DNA of 64,000 nucleotides, taken from positions 1-64,000 of IMG/VR virus record IMGVR_UViG_3300017967_005407. The stretch is one strand, 5' to 3'. Under the pieces are notes generated by a model. That model was not told where the DNA came from. It searched no databases and was given only the letters and a program-made list of their open reading frames with translations. The stretch comes from a virus. Both the position numbers and the translations under genes were made by a program. How positions within the stretch are numbered: position 1 is the first letter of the stretch; the number at the start of each line of letters is the position of its first letter. Positions 51,410 through 60,743 of the stretch are shown here, in pieces.

Positions 51410-52715
51410 TACATTTTGTCCAATACCTTGGATTTTTCAAGCAGTGCGAGCAAACGGAGACATACGTGTTTGTTGTCAAGCAAACGTGACAAAAAACAAA
51501 GGTGTTATACGTAAAGAGGACGGAACTGCTTATAACGCTGGAGTTGATGTATTACAAGATGCACGTAACGCAGATTTTATGAAAACTATACGAAGTAATA
51601 TGTTAATAGGCAAGTGGAGTGAAGAGTGCGGTCGTTGTCGTAGTGAAGAAGAAAATGGTTTGAATAGTAGACGCAAATACGAACAACAGAATTGGCCTCA
51701 ATTTACATTAGAGAAAGCACAAGCTCAAACTGAATTAGATGGTAGTATTGATATAGAAGAAACACCTATTGAATATTATGATTTGCGTTTTGGTAACTTT
51801 TGTAATCTAAAATGTCGTATGTGCGGACCTACGGACAGTGACGCCTGGTATGATGACTGGATAAAACTTACAGGAAAAAATACATTTAAAGATACTAGTG
51901 GCGAAGTTGAAATCAAAATAGTTGGTAATAAGTTGTGTGCAACTGAATTTGATTGGCCAACATACGAGCCATTTTGGGAACAATTAGAAGCAAATGCACA
52001 CAACATAAAACATGTTTATTTTGCAGGTGGAGAACCGATGCTAATTGAAAGGCATTATGATTTTTTAGAGCGCTGTATTGAAAACGGCAGTGCAAAAAAT
52101 ATGATTGTAGAATACAATACCAACATGAGTACATTGCCTTCTAGAGTTTTGAAATTGTGGGAAAGTTTTAAACAAGTACGAGTAGGTGCTAGTGTTGATG
52201 GAATGAATGCAGTTTTAGAATATCAACGTCATCCTGCAAAATGGAATAAAATACTTAAAAATTTACATTTATTAGATAACACGCCATCTAATATAATGGG
52301 TTGGTTAGCTTTTACAGTTACAGCATATAACGTAAATCATATGATAGATTTTATGAAATGGAAATTAACTGAAAGCAAATTTAAAAAAATTAACAGCACT
52401 AAAAGAAGACCTATTATTACTCATCACGTAGCACACCATCCTAAGCATTTGAATATACGTGTGTTACCAGACGAAATGAAAAGCGAAATAATCAAAAGAT
52501 TTGAAGGTTTTATGTATTGGGCAATGGAGCAAGATTTAGATGACAATACTTTTAACAAAGCACAAGATATAAAAAATAGTGTAATAAAATACATGACAAG
52601 TGAAAGTTATTATGATACGCATTGGGAAGAGTTTTTAAAGTATACACAAGATCTTGATCGTATACGAGGAGAAAGTCTTTTAGATGTTGAACCAATGTTT
52701 TCGGAGTACATATGA
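51402..52715 (+). CDS. Radical SAM protein with N-terminal twitch-like domain
   Basis: FCPIPW...VCC...CGRC; CNLKCRMC; FAGGEP. Confidence 0.92.
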   Translation: MSDTFCPIPWIFQAVRANGDIRVCCQANVTKNKGVIRKEDGTAYNAGVDVLQDARNADFMKTIRSNMLIGKWSEECGRCRSEEENGLNSRRKYEQQNWPQFTLEKAQAQTELDGSIDIEETPIEYYDLRFGNFCNLKCRMCGPTDSDAWYDDWIKLTGKNTFKDTSGEVEIKIVGNKLCATEFDWPTYEPFWEQLEANAHNIKHVYFAGGEPMLIERHYDFLERCIENGSAKNMIVEYNTNMSTLPSRVLKLWESFKQVRVGASVDGMNAVLEYQRHPAKWNKILKNLHLLDNTPSNIMGWLAFTVTAYNVNHMIDFMKWKLTESKFKKINSTKRRPIITHHVAHHPKHLNIRVLPDEMKSEIIKRFEGFMYWAMEQDLDDNTFNKAQDIKNSVIKYMTSESYYDTHWEEFLKYTQDLDRIRGESLLDVEPMFSEYI

Positions 52716-53269
52716 TCATTACAGGAAATTTAGAAGAAAATTTAGCAAACGCATTGCATAAAATATACCCATATGCTCAATATTGCAGTCGTACAACAGG
52801 ATTTGATTTAAGTTTACGTGAAGATCAAGTACGTGTAGCACAACTAGTTTTAGAACATGATGTTTTTATAAATTGTGCAGCATTATTTAAATTCCATCAA
52901 ACAAATTTGTTAGATGAAGTATATCGTGTGTGTACTGAAAATAATCATCGTCCTCATATTATTAATATAGGCAGTACAACCGATCGTGTAAAAAACGGAA
53001 AAGCATGGAGATACAATGCCGAAAAGAAGGCGTTGCGTGATTACAGTAACACACTTGGTATAAGCGGAGTATGGGGTAAAACGCCAAAAATTACATACAT
53101 AAGTTTTGGTACGCTAAGTAATAATAGTAAAAAACATCCAGAAAGAGTTTGCTTAGATATTAACCGAGCAGCAGAATATATTAAATGGATTGTAGATCAA
53201 CCTAAAGACATAGGTATAAATGAAATAAGTATTGATCCTATGCAAGACAAATATTGGAACGAAGAATGA
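52712..53269 (+). CDS. Short-chain dehydrogenase/reductase-like protein (compact)
   Basis: IITG, DVFINCA, IINIGS and catalytic YxxxK (YNAEK); the Gly-rich loop is degenerate. Confidence 0.7.
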   Translation: MIITGNLEENLANALHKIYPYAQYCSRTTGFDLSLREDQVRVAQLVLEHDVFINCAALFKFHQTNLLDEVYRVCTENNHRPHIINIGSTTDRVKNGKAWRYNAEKKALRDYSNTLGISGVWGKTPKITYISFGTLSNNSKKHPERVCLDINRAAEYIKWIVDQPKDIGINEISIDPMQDKYWNEE

Positions 53270-54090
53270 GTATAGCTAAACTAGATACAGATCCAGATAC
53301 AAAAATAGATTTTGAAGTTGCAGAAGAATATCACGAAGCATGGAAAGCTACATGGACTGATAGTTTTCAAGTACATGATGTAATGGATGAAGATGAACTT
53401 GAATGGCTCAAAGAACACATGCTCAAACGCTATGACAAGATGCGTGTAAAAGAAACAGGTACACTACATTTTTTCAGTGATAACGCTGCTATTGAAGACA
53501 AGTTTTTTGATAAGTGGAAAAAATATATACCAGAACTAGAACAAACAGGCATGTGGGAAGGTAATTTTGTTATGACTGCAAGTCCATACAACTTGCATAT
53601 TGATACAGGTCGTCCAGAATATCTTATGGATCGCGGGCTAGTACCAGGTAGACAAATTATTATTCCGTTGTGGGTTGGACATACAAATAAAACATACAAA
53701 GGTACAGATAAAATACCCCCTGCAGGTACCTGTTTGTTTGACAATAGATTTATCAAGTTTGGAACTAACTTTGCAAAAAGTGATAACAAATATGACACAG
53801 ATGTTTTTTATACAGTGCGTAACTATGACAATTTGACTTGTTATAACAAAGATGGAAGCATTAAAGAAGTAGATTGGGATAAACCGTTTGACCCAGAAGT
53901 GCGAGAAAAATATTTAAGCCATTTTCCAGCACGTTGGTTAGATGGCTTTGACTTTGAAGCAATGTATAACTGGGACAGAGGCAGTATAATTGCATTTGAT
54001 AGATGTCAAGCACACAGTGGTATGGATTTTCCAAAATACAAAGTTACAATGAAAGCTGGATTAAGTTTAATGACTACAAGGAAACTTTAA
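53266..54090 (+). CDS. Putative 2OG-Fe(II) oxygenase-like protein
   Basis: HxD (LHIDTG), IIIPL and a distal His (FDRCQAHSG) followed by Lys. Confidence 0.5.
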   Translation: MSIAKLDTDPDTKIDFEVAEEYHEAWKATWTDSFQVHDVMDEDELEWLKEHMLKRYDKMRVKETGTLHFFSDNAAIEDKFFDKWKKYIPELEQTGMWEGNFVMTASPYNLHIDTGRPEYLMDRGLVPGRQIIIPLWVGHTNKTYKGTDKIPPAGTCLFDNRFIKFGTNFAKSDNKYDTDVFYTVRNYDNLTCYNKDGSIKEVDWDKPFDPEVREKYLSHFPARWLDGFDFEAMYNWDRGSIIAFDRCQAHSGMDFPKYKVTMKAGLSLMTTRKL

Positions 54091-55130
54091 TGGTTCCTAA
54101 TTTAAAACGTGTACATATAGAAGCAAGCGGACGTTGTAATAGCAAATGTCCTATGTGCAGTAGATTTACTACAGATGGATATTTACAACCTGGTTTAAAC
54201 ACAATGGATTTAGAGGATGAAATGTTCTTTAAATTTTTTACTGAAGAAAGAACAAACAATTTAGATCATGTTTACTTTAGTGGTGTATATGGAGATCCTT
54301 GTCTTAACAAAAGTCTTGTAGATTATGTAAAATGGTTTAAAAAACATGATGTAGATGTCGCTATTGATACAAATGCAGGGTATCGAAGCACAAAATGGTG
54401 GGCTGAATTAGGTGCTATGAACACAAGAGTGCATTTTGCAATAGATGGACTTGAAGATACAAATCATCTGTATCGACGTGGCGTTGTGTGGGATAAAGTT
54501 TGGAAAAATGTAAATGCATTCCAAGAAGCAGGCGGTAATGGTGCTTGGACATTTATAGTTTTTAAACATAATGAACATCAAGTAGAAGAAGCTAAAGAAC
54601 TTGCTGCAAAACTTGGTATGGATTTTAGATTAAAAGTTACTCAAAAATTTAGAGGACACAAAAACTGGGCAGTAATGGAAGATGGTGAACGTCTATATGA
54701 TTTAGAACCTCCTGAAACACCAGAATATAGACATCCAAATGTTGGCGAACAGCACCATTATCCTGGTCCTGCGACTTTTGAGTTTAAGTTAGATAAGCCG
54801 TCGCCTTTTGATAATGTAGAAATACAATGTCAAATACAAGATTGGAAAGAATTATTTTTAGCACATACTGGTCATGTGATGCCTTGTTGTTTTTTAGGAA
54901 CATTACATCACGACAGTCCTGGCGCTTATCAGTTTAACAAAGAGTTTGATATGAACAGTGTAGACTTGCATAAAGTTACACCAGAAGAAGCAATAGAAAA
55001 CTTATATGATATCGAAAGACGTTTCAAATTAAAAAGTATTGCAGAAGGTAAATTGCTTACTTGTGCTAGAACATGCGGAAAGCAATTTCAAAACAAAACG
55101 GTTTATGTAAATGACAGTAGTAAAAAATAG
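54090..55130 (+). CDS. Radical SAM protein with C-terminal twitch-like domain
   Basis: CNSKCPMC, GVYGDP, FAIDGL and PCCF...CARTC; start at the TAATG overlap. Confidence 0.9.
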   Translation: MVPNLKRVHIEASGRCNSKCPMCSRFTTDGYLQPGLNTMDLEDEMFFKFFTEERTNNLDHVYFSGVYGDPCLNKSLVDYVKWFKKHDVDVAIDTNAGYRSTKWWAELGAMNTRVHFAIDGLEDTNHLYRRGVVWDKVWKNVNAFQEAGGNGAWTFIVFKHNEHQVEEAKELAAKLGMDFRLKVTQKFRGHKNWAVMEDGERLYDLEPPETPEYRHPNVGEQHHYPGPATFEFKLDKPSPFDNVEIQCQIQDWKELFLAHTGHVMPCCFLGTLHHDSPGAYQFNKEFDMNSVDLHKVTPEEAIENLYDIERRFKLKSIAEGKLLTCARTCGKQFQNKTVYVNDSSKK

Positions 55131-56472
55131 TTTTTGTATATATCCTTGGATACACATGCAACTCAAACCAAACGGACAAGCAAAACCTTGTTGTAGATTT
55201 GACCATATGAACGCAGCATATAGAGACGAAAAAGGCAATCCTACAATGTCTCAGTATAATGTAAAAGAAAAATCATTTAAAGAAATTATGGAAAGTGATT
55301 TTTGGAACGAATTACGCACAGATATGCTCAAAGGAAACACTATACCAGGATGCTACAAGTGCGACAGAGAAGATGCTGGCGATAAATTTAGTATGCGATT
55401 TAATGCTAATAATGCATGGAATGAACAAAACGAATTTCGTCCAATAGATGTTAATCAAGAACTAAGTTTTAAATACTTAGAATTAACAACTGGTAGATAC
55501 TGCAATCTAGCTTGTAGAATGTGTAGTAGTGATTTAAGTACAACTTGGGATGCTGATGATAAAGTTTTAGCAGAAAAATATGAAGATAGATTTGATTTTA
55601 GTAAGCGTCCGCAAATATTAAACTTAAATTTTACTGCTGATGATTTCAAAGAAACGCAATTAATTAAAATGACAGGTGGCGAACCTATGATTGTTCCTAC
55701 CTTTATACCATTTATAGATAAAGTAATAGAAAGCGGATACACAGATAATATAATGCTGCAAATTTATACAAATTGTAGTTGGGTGCCAAAAGCAAAAATT
55801 ATTGATAGGTTAAAAAAGTTTGGATTAGTACAAATATATTTGAGCGTGGACGGATTAGATGAAGTTAATGATTACATAAGATATCCTAGTAAATGGTCAA
55901 CAGTTGAAGAAAGTGCAAAAAAGTGGTTAAGTATTGCTAAAGATCACAGTAATTTTGATATAGTGTTTTCTCCAACTATTAGTTTGTACAATATACTTCA
56001 ACTTCCGAAAATGTGGAATTGGTGGGAAAATTTACAAGAAGAAATATACGGAGAAAAGTTTATCGTTGACAATAACTTGTATTCAAAATATACTAGAAAA
56101 AATAAACACGGAACTGACGTAAGTTACATATACGAAATTGCAAGATTTAGTCCTACTATGTTACAAACTCCGTCCTATTTAAGTAGCACTATGTTACCGC
56201 AAAAAGAAAAAGTGATTGAACAATTAGATGAAATAATTAAAAAACATTCTAAACGTGTAGAAAATTTAGATGAATATGAAATATTTGTACGGTTTAGATA
56301 TATGATAAAACATATTATTAGTAGCTTCAATAAAAATACAAATACTAGTTTACAAGATTTTGTTGAGTATAGTGCAGATTTAGATAAACTTAGAAATCAA
56401 AAGTTGCAAGATTCATTGCCAGAGTTATGGGAACAAATTAAAACAAGTGTTGAATATAAAGGAAAACTATGA
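55111..56472 (+). CDS. Radical SAM protein with N-terminal twitch-like domain
   Basis: FCIYPW...PCC...CYKC; CNLACRMC; TGGEP. Confidence 0.92.
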   Translation: MTVVKNSFCIYPWIHMQLKPNGQAKPCCRFDHMNAAYRDEKGNPTMSQYNVKEKSFKEIMESDFWNELRTDMLKGNTIPGCYKCDREDAGDKFSMRFNANNAWNEQNEFRPIDVNQELSFKYLELTTGRYCNLACRMCSSDLSTTWDADDKVLAEKYEDRFDFSKRPQILNLNFTADDFKETQLIKMTGGEPMIVPTFIPFIDKVIESGYTDNIMLQIYTNCSWVPKAKIIDRLKKFGLVQIYLSVDGLDEVNDYIRYPSKWSTVEESAKKWLSIAKDHSNFDIVFSPTISLYNILQLPKMWNWWENLQEEIYGEKFIVDNNLYSKYTRKNKHGTDVSYIYEIARFSPTMLQTPSYLSSTMLPQKEKVIEQLDEIIKKHSKRVENLDEYEIFVRFRYMIKHIISSFNKNTNTSLQDFVEYSADLDKLRNQKLQDSLPELWEQIKTSVEYKGKL

Positions 56473-57716
56473 GTAAAACATTTTGTCCTATGCCATTTAC
56501 TCATTTGAATATTAAACAAGAAGGCAAAGTTAGTGCCTGTTGGCGTTTTCCTGATAAATTAGGCGATTATAGAACTCAAACATTACAAGAAATTTGGAAC
56601 GATGACGCATTGCAAAAACTAAGACACGACAGTTTAAATGATGTGCAAAATATTGGATGTAGAAGCTGTTGGGATATGGAGAAAAGTGAAAGTATTAGCA
56701 CACGTATGCAGTGCAGTCAAACTTTTCCTTATGTCAACCAACCGTTTGTAGAAGAACATATTCAAGAAGATTATAGCTTTCCAACAAAATATATACGCAG
56801 TGTTGAAATACGTTTCGATAATATTTGCAATTTAATGTGTAGGCATTGTAGTCCTGATTATAGTAGTGTTTGGGAACAAGCAGTCAAGCGTGATCCTACA
56901 CTAATGGACAAGATGCAAGAATATGGAACTTATAGAAAAGATGTTAACCATGTAAGTCTTACACAAGAAATGGTAGACGAAATAGCAAATGAGCTGGCAC
57001 CTAACTTAGAAGAAATAATGATTGCCGGCGGCGAACCATTGTATCATGACAAGCACTACAAATTTCTTGAAGACATGCAACCATATGCAAGTAACATACG
57101 CTTGAGTTACAACACTAACCTAAACATATTAGAATACAAAGGTAAAAGTGTGTTAGACTTGTGGAAAAATTTCAAAGAAATTTGGTTGCGTATTAGTATA
57201 GATGGCGATCCTAGTTGTTATGAATATGTACGTGCAGCAGGTAATCTACACAAAGTTGAAGAAAACATAAAAAAACTAAACGAAACACTAATTAATACAG
57301 ATATAAGTGCTACTTGTACTGTGAGTTTGTACAACATAACAAGATTTACTAACATTGTAAAATATTTTTGCGGATTAGATGTTTATTTTCACACAAGTTT
57401 GGTGCAATATCCAGAAGCTCTAAACATAAAATTGCTTCCACAAGAATTAAAAGATTCTATTACACAAGAATTTTGGCATTGGTATGAAAATGAAGCTGAA
57501 GATTATGTTAAAAGTGTTAGTAAAAAAGTAAAAGTACAAAAACAACTAGACAGAATTAAAAAATTTGCTACAAATACACTCAATTACATGAACAGCGAAG
57601 ATAGACATGACAAATGGCATTTGTTTTTAGATTACAGTGCCGCTTTAGATAGCTATCACGGCACTGATTTGTTCGAGAGTTACTCCGAATATTCTTCAAA
57701 ATTAAATAAATCGTAA
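56469..57716 (+). CDS. Radical SAM protein with N-terminal twitch-like domain
   Basis: FCPMPF...ACW...CRSC; CNLMCRHC; AGGEP. Confidence 0.92.
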   Translation: MSKTFCPMPFTHLNIKQEGKVSACWRFPDKLGDYRTQTLQEIWNDDALQKLRHDSLNDVQNIGCRSCWDMEKSESISTRMQCSQTFPYVNQPFVEEHIQEDYSFPTKYIRSVEIRFDNICNLMCRHCSPDYSSVWEQAVKRDPTLMDKMQEYGTYRKDVNHVSLTQEMVDEIANELAPNLEEIMIAGGEPLYHDKHYKFLEDMQPYASNIRLSYNTNLNILEYKGKSVLDLWKNFKEIWLRISIDGDPSCYEYVRAAGNLHKVEENIKKLNETLINTDISATCTVSLYNITRFTNIVKYFCGLDVYFHTSLVQYPEALNIKLLPQELKDSITQEFWHWYENEAEDYVKSVSKKVKVQKQLDRIKKFATNTLNYMNSEDRHDKWHLFLDYSAALDSYHGTDLFESYSEYSSKLNKS

Positions 57717-58969
57717 TCTTTTTGCAAATCATCTAATATATCATTATATTTTTTGAACTTTTGTAAATCGCTTGCTGGAACTTTGATATCACAATATAAG
57801 TTTGAGTTTATTTTTGCAACACGTTTAATATGACTTGCTGTAAGTGTGTTTATTTGTTGTAATCCAAACTGTAATGCATTGCTTCTAAACCCTGGAATGT
57901 CACCAATTGCATGATATATACCAGTAATATTGAATTTTTCTAATTCGTTAATAATTGCAGCATCATCAAACAACATATTTGCAAGTGCATATGAATGATT
58001 TTTTGTTTTGTATATTTGCCATGCATCGTATATAGCATCTTTGCTACCAAATTCTTGTAACAGCACATTCCATTGTTTCTCTATAATGTTATCTGAGCTA
58101 TTATTCCAAAAATCAAAATCTCCATCACCTGCGTCATTGCACAAAGAAAGAGTTTTAACTAATCCTTTTTTTGTACCATCCCAATTTTTTGTAATTAGCT
58201 TTTTCCAAAGTAGATTTCGATCAAAAATATCAAAGTGTAAATAGTTTTCTACATTGTCTATATACTTACTACCTAGTATAAATGCTTTAAACATGCTACA
58301 AGGGCCTACAACAGTGTTTATAGCGCCCTGTACGGTACTCAAATGTGTTTTATCAGTGCATATAGCTTCTGTATTATAAAGAAAAAACACCCCTTTATCC
58401 TGATCATTTGCGTGCCTTGGATTACGTGTTGTAAGAAGTTTAATAAACAAATCAGTAAGGTTTGTATTAATAATAGGAAGTTTAGTAAAATGATTTAACT
58501 CGTCATTCCATGCCTGTGGATTTTGTGTTGCTTTAGAATCTAATAACTGTTTAATTATTACGTTATTGATTTTTTTACTATCTGATTTTATGTAATCAGC
58601 AATCTTGGGTTTTCCTTTTTGTCGCCAATGTTTTAAATTTATTATCTGTATAGTTGGAGATTTTTTGTCGTGTATTACACTCCACTCTGTTTTATGACTT
58701 TCTATATCATATATACACATTTTATGAATATGCCAAAAATCGTGATGATACATTCCAAACCAAGTCACAATTAGATATTCAGTTTTTTTGTCAGCAATTA
58801 TATCTAATATGTCATCTACTGATTCTGCCCATACAAATGGATGCTGCTCAACACTTTGTTTTACATAATGTCCACGTTGATAATACAACATCCAGCTTTG
58901 ATAAAGGTCTCGATCAATATTGTTTTTTATATTTTTAGGTACAACAACGGCATGTTGTATATTAAGCAT
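57680..58969 (-). CDS. Hypothetical enzyme (paralogue of 48617..49981)
   Basis: Start set at ATG 58969, overlapping the end of the upstream gene; FFLYNTE and NWDG blocks. Confidence 0.6.
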   Translation of the reverse strand: MLNIQHAVVVPKNIKNNIDRDLYQSWMLYYQRGHYVKQSVEQHPFVWAESVDDILDIIADKKTEYLIVTWFGMYHHDFWHIHKMCIYDIESHKTEWSVIHDKKSPTIQIINLKHWRQKGKPKIADYIKSDSKKINNVIIKQLLDSKATQNPQAWNDELNHFTKLPIINTNLTDLFIKLLTTRNPRHANDQDKGVFFLYNTEAICTDKTHLSTVQGAINTVVGPCSMFKAFILGSKYIDNVENYLHFDIFDRNLLWKKLITKNWDGTKKGLVKTLSLCNDAGDGDFDFWNNSSDNIIEKQWNVLLQEFGSKDAIYDAWQIYKTKNHSYALANMLFDDAAIINELEKFNITGIYHAIGDIPGFRSNALQFGLQQINTLTASHIKRVAKINSNLYCDIKVPASDLQKFKKYNDILDDLQKDYDLFNFEEYSE

Positions 58970-59696
58970 AAATTTTTCTCCAGTGATGGTAACTTTCTTC
59001 AATACGTTTGTTCCAACCGTCACCTAACCTGCCGTGTGCAATAATATGATATCTATCCTCATTGCTCCAATTATATACACAATGTATATTATAGAGATTT
59101 AACTTGATAATACGTCCTTGTTCCCAAGGCAAATAGCCTATTTCGTCCATGTAGAAATGGCATTCTTCTGGATTGTTTAATGCTATATTAGTAGGACCGA
59201 TATGATTTTCGTCTAGTGTAATACTATCTCTATGTGGAATAATCCAGCCTCCTGGAGATAATTTCATAATACGTATTCTGTCATACTGTTTGTAATCAAA
59301 TCTGTTTTCAAAAAAATCTCTAATAGTAGGACACCAGTCTGCTACGTCGGTCCACCTGTATGGTGCGTCTTTTCTGTCATTGTATCCGTAAGTATGATGA
59401 GATTCTGTGTGTACACTACTCAAGCCATGGATGCACAAACTACTCCAACCGCTGTGACTTTCATGATGTCTATGAGGAACATAGTGTTTTTCTAATCTTT
59501 TAGCTTCCCAAAGCATTTTCTCCCAATCAGCATCTTCAAAACCTGTAATAGGTAAAAAGTCTAGTTGATCACTCATGTGTATTTCACGAGATGTTTTTAA
59601 GTTTTGTGGATATTTTGGTTTAGCTGGAAATTTATTACGTTCTGCAAATATCTCTGGCGGTTCGTTGCTTACTCCCCATTCTGTAATTGTATACAT
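58962..59696 (-). CDS. Aspartyl/asparaginyl beta-hydroxylase-family 2OG-Fe(II) oxygenase
   Basis: WSSLCIHG, RIRIMKLSPGGWIIPHRD (HxD) and HCVYN...RYHII. Confidence 0.8.
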   Translation of the reverse strand: MYTITEWGVSNEPPEIFAERNKFPAKPKYPQNLKTSREIHMSDQLDFLPITGFEDADWEKMLWEAKRLEKHYVPHRHHESHSGWSSLCIHGLSSVHTESHHTYGYNDRKDAPYRWTDVADWCPTIRDFFENRFDYKQYDRIRIMKLSPGGWIIPHRDSITLDENHIGPTNIALNNPEECHFYMDEIGYLPWEQGRIIKLNLYNIHCVYNWSNEDRYHIIAHGRLGDGWNKRIEESYHHWRKIYA

Positions 59697-59725
59697 GTCG
59701 AATCCTTTTCTTCATTATATACGTA

Positions 59726-59741
59726 TATTTAGTGCTAAATA
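59726..59741. promoter_or_regulatory. Back-to-back late promoters
   Basis: TATTTAG-TG-CTAAATA inverted repeat between two divergent genes, each with an SD. Confidence 0.65.
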
Positions 59742-59759
59742 CTGCGGAGAATAGAAAAT

Positions 59760-60743
59760 ATGAGCCTTGTTGCATATCATAAATTACACAAAAAAATAGA
59801 TGACTTATCCGAATGGGGAATGTTTTTTAGAAAAGTAAACTTTCCAAAAAGAACAACAGACAATTGTAGATGTAAAAGAGATTTGAAATATATTTTGTGG
59901 GGCATAGCTAGATGTATTTTGCATCAAGATCCAAAATTAATTAACGAGATTTCTCATAAATTTGTAAAAAATAAAAAACTTGTCCTAACTGATCATAGAG
60001 TAGAATTAGCTGTTTATGCTTATATAGAAGGTGAGTTATACAAACTACTTAAACACCATAGAGATGATGTTGAAATTATGATAGAAGCAATGCAGTTGCT
60101 AAAAGATAATTTTAAAAAACTAGAAGAAGCAAACTACACTAGAGAATTTAGTGATTTGATTAAAGAAAGAAAAACTACATTTACATGGTTAGATAAAAAA
60201 GTTACGCAAGAAACAGTTGAAGATATATTGTTAGACTTACACATGTACGCACCTAGTAAACAAAATAGAATGCCTTACTATCTTGATGTTTTAGATTGGA
60301 AGGACCCTGAGTTGAGACATAATATTTTTGAATGGTGCTGGAGAGACCTTAAACATGATGCACAAACAGATAAAGGAAATCCTCAAACATTAGCACCTTA
60401 TCTATTTTGTTTTACTCCACGGATATCTAATAATCCTGACGATAATGCTTTGGAAGAAGCAATGATTGAAATAGGTATAGCCAGTAGCTTTATTATTTGG
60501 AATGCACAAAGTAGAGGATTAAGTACAGGTTATTGTGCATGTATTCAAGATCCTACAATGATAAGTAATGCATTAGGACGTCCGAATAATCAGGTTAAAT
60601 TGTTATTAGGTATGGGCTACAAAGATGAGAACGCTAACAGTTATTTTGATCCAAGAATACAGGCCGATAAATTGCTACCAAGTGATAATTCATTCCATAA
60701 ATCTAATCAGGAAAATATAGGATCTTATATCGTATGGCATTAA
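59760..60743 (+). CDS. Nitroreductase-family flavoprotein with N-terminal extension
   Basis: LIKERKT, APSKQNRMPY, EIGIA......AQSRGLSTGY and LLLGMGY motifs. Confidence 0.75.
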   Translation: MSLVAYHKLHKKIDDLSEWGMFFRKVNFPKRTTDNCRCKRDLKYILWGIARCILHQDPKLINEISHKFVKNKKLVLTDHRVELAVYAYIEGELYKLLKHHRDDVEIMIEAMQLLKDNFKKLEEANYTREFSDLIKERKTTFTWLDKKVTQETVEDILLDLHMYAPSKQNRMPYYLDVLDWKDPELRHNIFEWCWRDLKHDAQTDKGNPQTLAPYLFCFTPRISNNPDDNALEEAMIEIGIASSFIIWNAQSRGLSTGYCACIQDPTMISNALGRPNNQVKLLLGMGYKDENANSYFDPRIQADKLLPSDNSFHKSNQENIGSYIVWH

